A stretch of DNA of 45,048 nucleotides from a virus, in the IMG/VR virus record IMGVR_UViG_3300045988_083207; one strand, given 5' to 3'. A program made the position numbers and the translations under genes. This document shows positions 24,578-34,090 of this stretch, piece after piece. A model generated the notes under the pieces. The model had not been told where the DNA came from, ran no database searches, and saw only the letters and a program-made list of their open reading frames with translations. The first letter of the stretch is position 1; each line of letters begins with the position of its first letter.

Positions 24578-24909
24578 GTGCGGATCGCCTCGATTTCGAT
24601 TGACAGGACGCCGGCGGCCTCGTCCGCCTGTACTACGCGATACTCCCGGCCGTCCAGGTTCAGGGCCTTGCCAGACATAGGCCGCCCGCCGTAGTCCGAT
24701 TTACTCACATACAGCAGTCGCCGCGTCCTGTACGTCCCATCTGTGTGGACGCCGCCCCTGGCCGCGTCCCGCTCCAGCAGCGCGTCGTCGTCCACCACCG
24801 CGTCCATTTTCCGGCCGTCGATTGTGTGGGCGTCTGCAAATTCCTGGGCGTTCAGGAATACGCCGTGAATGTCCGCCGCCACGCAGTCCTTGAAAGAGGG
24901 GGCGCCCAT
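24574..24909 (-). CDS. Putative head-tail adaptor
   Basis: 111 aa, translationally coupled. Confidence 0.4.
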   Translation of the reverse strand: MGAPSFKDCVAADIHGVFLNAQEFADAHTIDGRKMDAVVDDDALLERDAARGGVHTDGTYRTRRLLYVSKSDYGGRPMSGKALNLDGREYRVVQADEAAGVLSIEIEAIRT

Positions 24910-25415
24910 TACTGGGCACCCCCGTTTTCATTCTTTGCGGGGGCGTAGACCTCCGCCGCCGTGATCACAGCGATCAGGTCCGCCTTTGTCTTTGCCTTGG
25001 AGATCTCCAGCCCCATGTCGGTGGCCATTCTCTCCAGGTCGGCCTTTTTCAGGTCCTCCAGGTCCTTGGGGTCCAGGTGCCCAGCGATCATCCCTCCGTC
25101 CTGGGTGCCCTGGGTGTTCTGTGCGCCGTCCTGGTCGCCCTTGGCACCGTCCTGGCCGTCCTGGGTGTTCTGTGTGCCGTCCTGGTCGCCCTTGGCACCG
25201 TCCTGGCCGTCCTGGTCGCCCTTGGCACCGTCCTGGCCGTCCTGGGTGTTCTTGGCTACGTCCGGCGCGTTGTCCTGGCTCTCTCCGCACCGTTCCGCGC
25301 TGTCATTCTCCAGCCATGCGTCCACCATTCTGGCGTCGTCGCCGGGCAGGTTGTCCCCGGCCTGATACATACGGCCCCGGTATAGGATCGGCCGCTTTGC
25401 AATCAGTCCTTTCAT
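24909..25415 (-). CDS. Repeat-containing protein with a C-terminal HeH/Rho-N-like motif
   Basis: 168 aa. (QDGQDGAKGD)n low-complexity core. LEDLKKADLERMATDMGLEISKAKTKADLIAVI. Confidence 0.55.
   Translation of the reverse strand: MKGLIAKRPILYRGRMYQAGDNLPGDDARMVDAWLENDSAERCGESQDNAPDVAKNTQDGQDGAKGDQDGQDGAKGDQDGTQNTQDGQDGAKGDQDGAQNTQGTQDGGMIAGHLDPKDLEDLKKADLERMATDMGLEISKAKTKADLIAVITAAEVYAPAKNENGGAQ
25128..25238. repeat. Exact 30-bp unit gtcctggtcgcccttggcaccgtcctggcc, three copies
   Basis: Copies at 25128..25157, 25179..25208 and 25209..25238. Confidence 0.9.
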
Positions 25416-25428
25416 GTCTGGCCCTCCT

Positions 25429-25761
25429 TTAGCCCAGCAGTTTCACCAGCACGGTGGCGTCGTTTGCTCCCGCCGCCGCCACGGCCCACCCTGCCGGGGT
25501 GTTGGTCGAACCGCTCCCGGCCGTTGTGGTGATGTTCTCCGCCGTCTTGTCCCAGTAAAGGGCCTGGCCCACCGTGATGGCGCCGGTTGCCTTGGGGATC
25601 TCGAACACACCCACGACATGGACGGCCCCGGTTTCATTGGCCGCAATATCGTTCCCCGCCACGCCGATCCGGGTGGCAAGGTCCACCACGTCGCCGTTGC
25701 TCACGGCCTCGGTGGCGGTATAGTCGATGGTTTCGCCTCTCTGCCAGTATTTCGCGCTCAT
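25429..25761 (-). CDS. DUF2190-like head decoration/cement protein
   Basis: 110 aa, directly after the capsid gene. GDVVDLATRIGVAGNDIAANETGAVHVVGVFE. Confidence 0.55.
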   Translation of the reverse strand: MSAKYWQRGETIDYTATEAVSNGDVVDLATRIGVAGNDIAANETGAVHVVGVFEIPKATGAITVGQALYWDKTAENITTTAGSGSTNTPAGWAVAAAGANDATVLVKLLG

Positions 25762-25784
25762 TTCTGCTTTACCTCCTTACTGCC

Positions 25785-27329
25785 TTACAGCGTGATGGTG
25801 GTTCCGGGGTTCTTGGCGATACCACGGAAGTCCACTGCGGTGATGCCCCAGTCCAGCCAAATGTCCCACACATAGCCCAACTGGCCGGCCACCTCCATAC
25901 GGCGAATGGTCGGGGTTTCCTGGCCGTTCAGGTAGTCCACCTGGATGGAACGGGCATAGGACGGATCGCCTGCGACAAACCAGGGCACCGCGTTGGTGCC
26001 GGCCAGGGCGTTCAGGGTGCCCTCCTCGATCACCTGCAGGCGGTTCCGGTACTGATACAGGGCGTTTGCGGTGTGGCTGCCGATCCCGTCCACGTCGATC
26101 TGCGCGGTTTCCAGGATCTGCGACATAAGGAACCCGTAGCCCACGGGCACGATGATGTATCTGGGCTGTACCATGATGCTGTCACCAAAAGGATCTTTCT
26201 GGTTCAGCAGTTTCAGCATGATGGCCTGCAGGGTGTCAATGGACGGGGCCGCGCCGGTGGTGATCAGGTTGTTGTGGGCGGAGTTGAACAGGGCCACTCC
26301 GTCAAAGATCGTGGGGTTGTTGAACAGGATGGAATACACCTGCTTGTTGATCGTGCGCTTTGCGGAGGCCGCGTACATACCGGGCACCTGGGTGATAAAT
26401 CCCACGTCGTCGTTGATAAACGCCTCCCGGGTCATGGAGAACTGGCGGCCGTAGGTTGCCACCTGGCGCTGGGGGAGAAGTTCGGTCTGCGGGGTGTCGT
26501 GTTTCAGTTCGCCGTTTTCGCCCACGCGCAGGAACTCGCCGGCGCCGCCCGCCAGGTACTCGTGATCCTTGGTGGGCTTGAAGTCGGTCACGCTGCCCTT
26601 GGTGGTCCATACCTGGAAGGTGGTGGGCACAGCCTGGTATCTCTGCACGATGGCCTTTCGGATCGTGTTGTCCAGGATCGCGGGAAATGCCGCCGTGGGA
26701 TTGAAGAACTGGCGGCAGGCCATGTTCCACAGGTCGTCCTTGGACATACGGAGAAGGGAGGCCGTAGTCCCCAGGCCCTCCCGGGCCATACACTCAATGG
26801 CCAGATCCCGCAGGGACAGGCCGCGCATCTGCTCCGCGTTCTCGCTGGGGCGTTCCACCTCCATGCCACTACGCAGCAGCAGGCCGTCCACGGCCGCCTG
26901 TCGGAAGTTGTCCTGCTCCCGGCTGTTGTCGGACATTCTGGCGCCCACAGGGCCGTTGTGCTGGATCAGGAAGTCCACGGCCGCCGCCCGCACGGTGTCC
27001 ATGCTGGCGCCGCTGCGGATATGCTCCTCCGGGTCCATGCCGGTCTGGCGGCAAAGCGCCATAATGTCGGCGGTGCGCTGGCGCTCCGCCTGGATCGCTC
27101 TCTGCGTGTCTGCCACGCTTGCCTGGGCGCCCTGGCCGCCGTTCTCCTCGCCGCGCTCACCTCCGGCGGGCTGTCCGCCAGCCTCTCCGCCCTCGTTGCC
27201 TGCGGCGTCGATCACGGCCTGGCAGCGGTTAAACTCCGCCTGCTCCTCGGCGGTCAGGTCCCGGCCCTCGTTGCGGGCCAGGGTCACAAGTTCCTGCTGG
27301 CGGGCAAGGGCTTTCTGCAGTTCGTTCAT
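25785..27329 (-). CDS. Major capsid protein with an N-terminal scaffold/delta-like region
   Basis: 514 aa after the prohead protease. Coiled, acidic N-terminal roughly 130 aa. Confidence 0.75.
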   Translation of the reverse strand: MNELQKALARQQELVTLARNEGRDLTAEEQAEFNRCQAVIDAAGNEGGEAGGQPAGGERGEENGGQGAQASVADTQRAIQAERQRTADIMALCRQTGMDPEEHIRSGASMDTVRAAAVDFLIQHNGPVGARMSDNSREQDNFRQAAVDGLLLRSGMEVERPSENAEQMRGLSLRDLAIECMAREGLGTTASLLRMSKDDLWNMACRQFFNPTAAFPAILDNTIRKAIVQRYQAVPTTFQVWTTKGSVTDFKPTKDHEYLAGGAGEFLRVGENGELKHDTPQTELLPQRQVATYGRQFSMTREAFINDDVGFITQVPGMYAASAKRTINKQVYSILFNNPTIFDGVALFNSAHNNLITTGAAPSIDTLQAIMLKLLNQKDPFGDSIMVQPRYIIVPVGYGFLMSQILETAQIDVDGIGSHTANALYQYRNRLQVIEEGTLNALAGTNAVPWFVAGDPSYARSIQVDYLNGQETPTIRRMEVAGQLGYVWDIWLDWGITAVDFRGIAKNPGTTITL

Positions 27330-27337
27330 GGTTTTTC

Positions 27338-27895
27338 TTACCTCCTGTTGTCAATCAAATTTTTGTTTGCCTGGATCTGTCGCTCGTACACGGAGAGGGG
27401 GGCGCACGTCTGGCCCGTTTCGGATCTTCCCACGCCCACGGTCGGGTCCGCAGGCACAGATACCACGGACACCTCCAGCGGCGTCCACTTCCGGGCGATC
27501 TGGCAAGGGCCGGTAAATCGCCCATCTGCAGACTGTTTCCCGGCCACCACTTCCTCCCATGCGTCCACGCTGTACCGCACGGACGTGGTTTTCAGTGTGC
27601 CGGACCGGACTTTTCCGAAAATCTTTTCGGCGTCGTCGTCCGTGTCGAACTCCACTTCTGCCATGCCCCGGTGGTTCTCCACCCAGGCCCGGATCACCTT
27701 TCCCACCACCTTGTCGGTGTTGTGGTTGAACAGGAGAACGCCCACACTGTTCAGGCGCTCCAGATCCACCGCGTTCTCCCCATGGTCCAGGATCTCCATA
27801 CCGAACCAGCGCCGGTATGGCTCCTCGGAGGAAAAACTGATCGTCCTGCGCCTTGTTTCCTGGTTCCCGTCCTCTCTTGCCATGACCTGGCCCAT
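27338..27895 (-). CDS. Prohead protease (HK97/S78-like)
   Basis: ISFSSEEPYRRWFGMEILDH...LLFNHN... Lies between the portal and capsid genes. Start is 27895 or 27883. Confidence 0.65.
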   Translation of the reverse strand: MGQVMAREDGNQETRRRTISFSSEEPYRRWFGMEILDHGENAVDLERLNSVGVLLFNHNTDKVVGKVIRAWVENHRGMAEVEFDTDDDAEKIFGKVRSGTLKTTSVRYSVDAWEEVVAGKQSADGRFTGPCQIARKWTPLEVSVVSVPADPTVGVGRSETGQTCAPLSVYERQIQANKNLIDNRR

Positions 27896-27914
27896 GGATC
27901 TTGTCCCGTGGTCC

Positions 27915-29411
27915 TTATCCCTGGGGCGGTTGGCCTCCGGTGTTCTGCTGTGCTGCTGCCGTTCCATTTCCAAAAATTACACCTCCCATCTCAATGCCTT
28001 TTTCGCGGCCGTACTCCAGGACCTCGGCCGTTTCGTCGATGGCCTGGCGCCAGTCCTTGCCCCGCTCGGCGCAGATCTCTTGATAGGTCTTTTGCCCGCT
28101 CTGCAGGGCGGTTTTGTCGGCGGTGCTTTCCTTGGCCGGGTCAATCCACTTTTTCGGTGATTTCACCCAGTCGTGTGCCATGTACTCCGCCTTTTTATCC
28201 CAAAACCCGGGGAATGTAATTGCCCCGGAGAGATAACACGAAATAATAAATTGCTCGTACACCTCGGACATGAACTCCATCAGCAGTTCCGTGTCCTCCG
28301 CGTATGTGTCCTCGTCCTCGATGGCGTTCTGGCGTGCGGAGGAGTAGGTGGACCCGCTCATGTCGCGGGATACCGCCTCATAACTCAATCCCTGGCCCGC
28401 TCCGATCAAACCCTGCTGGACTTTCAGGAACGCGGTGGCGTCGGTAGCAGCCCCCTTTGGATCCACCACCTGGGCCTCGTCACCGGCGCCCATTTCCATG
28501 ATCATGCCCGGCCCCAGTTTCTTGCCGGAGTAGTCCACGCGGCCGTCCGGCCCACGTATCCCGGACCGCCCCAGGCTTGTCCCTGTTGGTATGGTCTTTT
28601 TGATCAGCACCGCCAGGCAGGCCGCGATCCGCTCCTTGACGGATACCGCGTTTATAAACTCGTTCACGTCCCGGATCCTTGTGATCGTGTGGGACATATC
28701 CGACATTTCCCGGATCTGGCTGGGGCGGTGCTTTGCCTTGATGAAATAGGCGTCCTTTGCGTCGATGTAGATCGGCTCCAGCAGGCGCCACCCCTCCAGG
28801 TCGTATTGCTGGATCCAGTAGCCCACCGGGCGCCTCCATGAGTTGTACTCAATCCCGCCCACGACGCGGTTTCCCTGTCTGTGTGGTGCGCTCCGTGTAA
28901 TGTCCAGTTCGTCCACTTCAATGGCCTGCAGTTTGAGCGGCACCAGGCCGCCGGCCGTGTGCCGGAACAGGAACAGGATCCCGCCGTCCACCTTCTTGCG
29001 CTCCACGGCCATGCGTAGGATCTCGGTGAACGATTGTTCCCCGGTCACGTCGCAGTTTCTTGCCTTGCACCATTGGCGCCACAGTTTTTCGATCTGGCGG
29101 TTCAGGTCGTCGTCCCCGGTTCTTGCCCGGAGGGTGAAACCCTTTCCCACCACGTTGCGCTTGTACGCCAGGACTACGGCCTGGAGAATGTCGCTGTTCC
29201 GCTCCAGGTCCCGGGCGCGGGCGCGTACCACGTCCCGGCTGTATCGGTCCGTGATCTCCGCGCTTTCGTTGTGCGCCCTCCACCCGGAGTTGATCCGGCC
29301 GAACCCGGCCGCGTCATATCCGCGCATGGCCTCCAGCCCTTGGCGCCACGCCTCGCGTTCATACGCTCTTTTCGGGGACACGGCCGCGATCACATTGTCA
29401 ATAAACCCCAC
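27915..29411 (-). CDS. Portal protein (lambda-type)
   Basis: GTG 29411 after GGGGAGG. 498 aa. Follows the gpW-like gene. Confidence 0.8.
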   Translation of the reverse strand: MGFIDNVIAAVSPKRAYEREAWRQGLEAMRGYDAAGFGRINSGWRAHNESAEITDRYSRDVVRARARDLERNSDILQAVVLAYKRNVVGKGFTLRARTGDDDLNRQIEKLWRQWCKARNCDVTGEQSFTEILRMAVERKKVDGGILFLFRHTAGGLVPLKLQAIEVDELDITRSAPHRQGNRVVGGIEYNSWRRPVGYWIQQYDLEGWRLLEPIYIDAKDAYFIKAKHRPSQIREMSDMSHTITRIRDVNEFINAVSVKERIAACLAVLIKKTIPTGTSLGRSGIRGPDGRVDYSGKKLGPGMIMEMGAGDEAQVVDPKGAATDATAFLKVQQGLIGAGQGLSYEAVSRDMSGSTYSSARQNAIEDEDTYAEDTELLMEFMSEVYEQFIISCYLSGAITFPGFWDKKAEYMAHDWVKSPKKWIDPAKESTADKTALQSGQKTYQEICAERGKDWRQAIDETAEVLEYGREKGIEMGGVIFGNGTAAAQQNTGGQPPQG

Positions 29412-29415
29412 CGTA

Positions 29416-29649
29416 TTACCTCCCCTCAAAAAATGCCACATAGGTGCGCCCCAGCAGCGGGCCACTTTCATCTGCTGCCAGTTGTGCCTCCAGGTCGTCC
29501 CGGAGTGTTTTCAACATGGCCAGGTCCGCCCGCGTCAGGGAACGGCTCCCGATTTTGTAGGACTGCCCGCCCACCAGCACGGTGGTGATCGCCTTGTTGA
29601 CCTGTTCCAGCAGTTCGGCCGGGGTCGCTGTTGTGTTGTCCAGTTCCAT
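29416..29649 (-). CDS. Head-tail joining protein, lambda gpW-like
   Basis: 77 aa between TerL and portal. LLEQVNKAITTVLVGGQSYKIGSRSLTRADLAMLKTLRDDLEAQL. Confidence 0.6.
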   Translation of the reverse strand: MELDNTTATPAELLEQVNKAITTVLVGGQSYKIGSRSLTRADLAMLKTLRDDLEAQLAADESGPLLGRTYVAFFEGR

Positions 29650-29661
29650 GGTGTCCTCCTA

Positions 29662-31503
29662 TCAAGCCCAGTTTTCATTCTGCTGGATCCAGTTTTCCTC
29701 CGGTGCCGGTGCCGTCTTTGGCGGCGTCTGTTTTGGCGTCTGCTCCTCCGCCCGGTCCTGGTTTTTCAGGAACAGGGATCGGACCTCCATCACGTCGGCG
29801 GCGGCCGCCGCGTACACCTCGCAGTCCAGATAGTGGTTGTCCGCGTGGGATGTTTTAGGCACCCATTTTTGAATTTCTCGCCCTCCGGCCCGCTCGGTGA
29901 TCTTATGCTCCGCCGTGACCTGTTCCGCATATTCCAGATCGCAGTCCTTGTGAACCATCCATGAACCGCTCCCGTTTGGCCTCCTCATGCGGCTTGCGAT
30001 CATGTCTTTGTACTTCCCGCCGTCCACATGGATCAGTTGCATACCGTTGGCCCGGCTCCCCGCTTTGTCCACGGTCGATATTTTGTAATATCCCTGGAGT
30101 GACTTTGTTGATCCTTTGCACGGTTTCACCCAGTCCATGTTCATAATGCAGAAGTCGTACACGTCGTCTGTTTGGTCGCCGCTATCTATCAGGGCAAGTT
30201 CCACCATGGCCTTTCCGCCGTCCGGCGCTAAAAACTCGGTATTCATAACCCGTTCCACTTCCGCCATGGAAAGCGCCTGGCCATGGGCCACATTTTGGGA
30301 GGTCATAAAGTCGCCCCAGGCCCTGATCACCCAGTACACGCAATTTTCCTGTACGTCGATCCCGCCTGTCAGCAGTTTGGTCCACGTCGGGAGTGACCAG
30401 GCCGGAACCTCCGTCTGCCGCTCCATGACCATATCGGCGTTTGTTTTCAGTTTCGTGTCCTCCCACGGTTCCGCCAGCCACGAATTGACGAAGTTGTGCA
30501 ACAGTTCCGGGTCGTCCTTTGCCCGCATGAACTCTCTGGCTATATCGGAAAACCTGGTAAAGGGGGAGTACAGGGTATTCATCCAGTAGGCCACGCTTTT
30601 GGGCGTCGCCGTGGTCTGTCGTACCATCTGCCACCGGCCCGCCTGGAGCATGGCCGCCTTGTCCCGGTCCGTGATAATGCACCCACACGCCTGGCAGACG
30701 TAGGTGGCCATTTCGGCCCGCTCCGTCTGATCCGGTACGTCGTCTTTGCTTGGCCACTTGATATGAGCGAATTGCAGTTCGATGAACTCCCCACAATGTG
30801 GGCACGGCACAAAGTAGTGTTTTTCCGCGTCCGCCTCCTCCTTGGCTTTCCAGATCGGCCCGGTTTTCAGGGTCGGCGTGGAGGCCATAAAGATCTTGCG
30901 GTTGAAAAACGTCTTTGTTCGCTCGATGGCCAGGGATACGGGGCCGGCCTCTTTTTTGGTCGCCCCAGGGAACTTGTCCACCTCATCCAGGAACAGGTAT
31001 CGGATCGGGGTGGAGGCCAGGCTGGCCGGGCTGTTGGCTCCGGTCAGGTAGACGATCATATCCCGGAACTTTAGGGCCAGGCGCTTGCTGTCGTTCTCCC
31101 GGTACTTCTCCGCCAGGGCCTTACACTGTCGGATCATCGGTTCCAGTTTCGCCTCCACCGTGCGCTCCGCCAGTTCGTCCGAAGGGTACACGAACATGGT
31201 CGGCGCCGGGTCCTGGTCGATCAGGCTCCCCAGGGCGTTCTCCATGGCGGAGGTTCCGCCCACCTGGGTGGGCTTGACAAAGACGATCTTTTCCGTGGTT
31301 TCATCGGAAAATGCGTCCATGATCTCCACCAGGTACGGGGTGACGTTGTTCCGCCACGGTCCTGGTATGGCGTTTCCGTTTGGCAGGATCCTGTTCTGCT
31401 CCGCCCATGCGGACGTGCTTACCCGCTCCCGTGGCCGCAGGATCTCAATGGCCGGCACCATCCACCTGGGCACCTTGTAGGGCTTTACTCGGTACTTCCT
31501 CAC
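29662..31503 (-). CDS. Terminase large subunit (GpA family)
   Basis: 613 aa. Walker A-like VKPTQVGGTS. Cys cluster CPHCGEF...CQACG. Confidence 0.85.
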   Translation of the reverse strand: MRKYRVKPYKVPRWMVPAIEILRPRERVSTSAWAEQNRILPNGNAIPGPWRNNVTPYLVEIMDAFSDETTEKIVFVKPTQVGGTSAMENALGSLIDQDPAPTMFVYPSDELAERTVEAKLEPMIRQCKALAEKYRENDSKRLALKFRDMIVYLTGANSPASLASTPIRYLFLDEVDKFPGATKKEAGPVSLAIERTKTFFNRKIFMASTPTLKTGPIWKAKEEADAEKHYFVPCPHCGEFIELQFAHIKWPSKDDVPDQTERAEMATYVCQACGCIITDRDKAAMLQAGRWQMVRQTTATPKSVAYWMNTLYSPFTRFSDIAREFMRAKDDPELLHNFVNSWLAEPWEDTKLKTNADMVMERQTEVPAWSLPTWTKLLTGGIDVQENCVYWVIRAWGDFMTSQNVAHGQALSMAEVERVMNTEFLAPDGGKAMVELALIDSGDQTDDVYDFCIMNMDWVKPCKGSTKSLQGYYKISTVDKAGSRANGMQLIHVDGGKYKDMIASRMRRPNGSGSWMVHKDCDLEYAEQVTAEHKITERAGGREIQKWVPKTSHADNHYLDCEVYAAAAADVMEVRSLFLKNQDRAEEQTPKQTPPKTAPAPEENWIQQNENWA

Positions 31504-32111
31504 GGCGCGCCCTCCGGCGGATCCTCCGCCTGCATGGCGTCCACGTAGGCCGTCAGCATGGTTTCCAGTTCCTTGCGGATGGCTTTTTGTGCGTTTCGGA
31601 TCGTGATGGCGTCCGCATACCCCGCCATGGCTCCAGCCATGCGGGCCGGTATCGTCATGGCGAACTTTTGAAAGGCTGCCATAAACTCCGCCAGTTCCTC
31701 GGTGGCCTGCTCCGCCGGTATGTATTTCCCCTCTGCTATGGCGGTTTTCAGGCGGTGGAGGCTGCCCTGGCTTTCTTTCAGCGCCACCTCCGCCTCCAGT
31801 TTTTTCAGGTTCAGTTCCGCCAGGCGTCCGCCCTCTCCAACCTCCTGGGCCTTTTGTTCCACATGGGCGATATATCGCTGGATTGTTTCACAGGTCCGGT
31901 ACTTCCTGGCTCCGCCGCCCGGCGGGACCTCGGTTTCCAGGATCCCGTCCTGGGTCAACTGCTGGATCCGCCGCGTGGTTTTCCCCAGCAGTTGGGCGAT
32001 TGCCGTTGAATTTGCCCATTCCGGCACCGTTCCGGTCAGCACCGCCGGCGTGGTCGCTTTCTTTGGCGCTGCCGGTTTTTTGGGTGCCGCTTTTTTTGTT
32101 GCTCCCGCCAC
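31500..32111 (-). CDS. Terminase small subunit (HTH)
   Basis: GTG 32111 after AAAGGGGG. EWANSTAIAQLLGKTTRRIQQLTQDGIL. Overlaps the TerL start. Confidence 0.6.
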   Translation of the reverse strand: MAGATKKAAPKKPAAPKKATTPAVLTGTVPEWANSTAIAQLLGKTTRRIQQLTQDGILETEVPPGGGARKYRTCETIQRYIAHVEQKAQEVGEGGRLAELNLKKLEAEVALKESQGSLHRLKTAIAEGKYIPAEQATEELAEFMAAFQKFAMTIPARMAGAMAGYADAITIRNAQKAIRKELETMLTAYVDAMQAEDPPEGAP

Positions 32112-32482
32112 CTGCAGCACCCCCTTTTCATGTGCCGCCGGCTCTTTTTCCCGCTCCGCCCAGCGCCGCCCTACGTCTTGGCCCGCGTCGGAACGTAGGC
32201 TTTCGGGCGGCGCAGGCGGTTGGCTTTGCCGGTTTCGTTTTCCGCTTTGTGGTGGATTTCGCTTTTTTGACCTCGTTTCCTCTGGTTTTTTTCTTCCCTC
32301 ACCCCCTAAAGGGGGTGCGTTCCTCCTGATTGCTCCAGCCGCCGTTCCAATGCGTAACGTAACGGCCCATTTTTCAGGGATTTTCTTGGAGAAAAATGCC
32401 GGGCCTTCCGCGCCCCGCACGGTCGCCAGCCCCCGGAAGGACCCAAACAGGTGGGCGCCTCTCGCCTTTTGATAGGGGGAGG

Positions 32483-32512
32483 CCCAGGGGCGCCTTTGTC
32501 GGTGCCCCTGGG
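32483..32512. other. 12-bp-stem hairpin in the non-coding region upstream of the terminase genes
   Basis: cccaggggcgcc tttgtc ggtgcccctggg (one G-T pair). Confidence 0.6.
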
Positions 32513-32600
32513 CGGTTTGTTGCCGGACTGCGCCCGTTCTGGACGCTACGGGGTGAAAGGAGGAAAGCCCCCGCGCCTACGCTCCGCCCGGCCAGGGTGC

Positions 32601-32639
32601 AAAAGGGGAGGGCGCCAGGTGTTTCCCTGGTGCCCTCCC
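32601..32639 (-). terminator. Probable terminator after the late-regulator gene
   Basis: 14-bp stem gggagggcgccagg / cctggtgccctccc. The minus strand is followed by cttttg. Confidence 0.5.
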
Positions 32640-32692
32640 GATTTCCACGCTATCACTATACCACGTCCAATAGTCCGATGGCGTCCGATCTT

Positions 32693-33211
32693 TTATCCTC
32701 GCTTTCTTTTTTCCTTTTCTGCCGTGTAGTCCCCCAGCAGTTTCTCCGTTCTCTTGTAGGTCAGCAGGGTGTCCAGGGCGGCGTTGTAGTAGTCAAACAC
32801 GCGGGACCGGCTCATGTGTACGGCCTGGGCGATCTTTTCCCATGGCTTGCAGTCTATGTGCCGCATTTCCACCACGGTGCGTTCCGTGGAATTTTGGGGG
32901 AGTAGGTCTATCATGTCCATAACGTGCAGAACGGCCTTGGCCATGGCGTCCCGCTGCTGGCTGATCCTGTCCTCCACTTCCGCGATCCGGTAGACAAGGG
33001 ACACGGCCCCGCCCTCTCTGGCCTGCCTTTTGGAGGTCGGCATGGTCTTAAACGCAGATCCCACGCCCGGGTCCCGTAGGTCTGCGGATAGGGTGCGGTG
33101 GCGCTCCTCCAGTATCTGCTTTTTTTCTTTGGCGTCATGGTACTGCTGCAGGTACTCTTTGACGGCCTCCCGCTCGGGGTTTTTCCCCCTTGTCTGCTTG
33201 CTCATTCTCAC
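32693..33211 (-). CDS. Sigma-70 region 4-like late transcription regulator (DUF1492/ArpU-like)
   Basis: 172 aa. VVEMRHIDCKPWEKIAQAVHMSRSRVFDYYNAALDTL. Confidence 0.6.
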   Translation of the reverse strand: MRMSKQTRGKNPEREAVKEYLQQYHDAKEKKQILEERHRTLSADLRDPGVGSAFKTMPTSKRQAREGGAVSLVYRIAEVEDRISQQRDAMAKAVLHVMDMIDLLPQNSTERTVVEMRHIDCKPWEKIAQAVHMSRSRVFDYYNAALDTLLTYKRTEKLLGDYTAEKEKRKRG

Positions 33212-33684
33212 ACCTCGGTTATGTCCAGTCCAAAACGGTCCTTTAGCAACTTCTTTTTCATGGCGTAGTCCCTGGTCCTTGTGGCGCGGCTCTTTACGTC
33301 CTCCACCACCTTCGCCCCCTGGGTGCCCTCGTAGTATGTAAAATCTGCCCTGTACCGGATGGCCCGCACCCGGCGGCCCTCCGTGTCCGTGTACGCCTCC
33401 TGGAGTGTAAAGTCAACCTGCAGGCGTAGTTCCCGGATCTCCCCGCGCCTCTCGCGCTCGATCAGCCAGTCAAACCTCCTGGCCTCTTTCATGCTGTCAA
33501 ACCGGAGGATTGCCCCGGAGGGTGTCACCCTTGTGGTCGGGGTGTTCCTGTACTTGTTCACCTTCCCGGTTTCCTGCACAGCGGCGGCGGAGGGCACAAA
33601 CCCCCGCCGCGCCTGCTGTTCCATGTATTTTTTCACGGCCTGGGCCTGGTATTTCGGCGGCAGGTCGGAAATGTTAATGGCCAT
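33208..33684 (-). CDS. DUF1064-like protein (putative Holliday-junction resolvase)
   Basis: KYRNTPTTRVTPSGAILRFDSMKEARRFDWL...YRADFTYYE...VVEDVKS. Confidence 0.6.
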   Translation of the reverse strand: MAINISDLPPKYQAQAVKKYMEQQARRGFVPSAAAVQETGKVNKYRNTPTTRVTPSGAILRFDSMKEARRFDWLIERERRGEIRELRLQVDFTLQEAYTDTEGRRVRAIRYRADFTYYEGTQGAKVVEDVKSRATRTRDYAMKKKLLKDRFGLDITEV

Positions 33685-33685
33685 T

Positions 33686-34087
33686 TTATTGATCCTCTCC
33701 GGTTTCCCGGTTCTTTTTCGCTCCTCCGCGCTTTGCGGCCCTGTCCCGCTCGTTTTTCAATGCCTCCACGGTCAGGACGTAGAACGGCTGCAGGCGCCGC
33801 CACTCCTCCGGCGGCATTTCATACCGTTGCTTGGCCATAATTGCCTCCCACAGTTGGATCGCCTTTTCTATGGCCTCTTTCCTTGCGCCCTGGCGCCTCC
33901 GCTCCCGGTGTGCCTTGACGGCCCCGGCCACCAGCGCGATCCCCAGGGTTGCGGTCGCCGTTTCTCCTCGTGTCAGCCCAAAAAGCGCGGCCGCCACCAG
34001 ATACCCGTACCACACCACGCCCGTGGCAAAAAGCACCGCCACAATGGCGATTATCACGGCTCCCACCGCCCGCAGGTATTCTTTCAT
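33686..34087 (-). CDS. Membrane protein, hypothetical
   Basis: Two N-terminal TM segments and a basic C-terminus. Confidence 0.5.
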   Translation of the reverse strand: MKEYLRAVGAVIIAIVAVLFATGVVWYGYLVAAALFGLTRGETATATLGIALVAGAVKAHRERRRQGARKEAIEKAIQLWEAIMAKQRYEMPPEEWRRLQPFYVLTVEALKNERDRAAKRGGAKKNRETGEDQ

Positions 34088-34090
34088 GCC

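Noticed and set aside
24909-25415. Collagen-like triple-helix protein
   Set aside because: Gly falls every third residue only within each unit. The unit is 10 residues (QDGQDGAKGD), so the Gly-X-Y register breaks at every repeat.
25587-28160. Very long plus-strand ORFs antisense to structural genes (857 aa here; also 10599..12059, 20360..21922, 12823..14016 and 22076..22618)
   Set aside because: They have Arg/Gly/His/Pro-rich low-complexity translations and fully overlap well-supported minus-strand genes. They are an expected artefact of high GC content with few stop codons.
32112-32692. tRNA gene or CRISPR array in the large non-coding regions
   Set aside because: No cloverleaf-compatible arms or T-loop consensus were seen. 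No regularly spaced direct repeats occur anywhere in the window.
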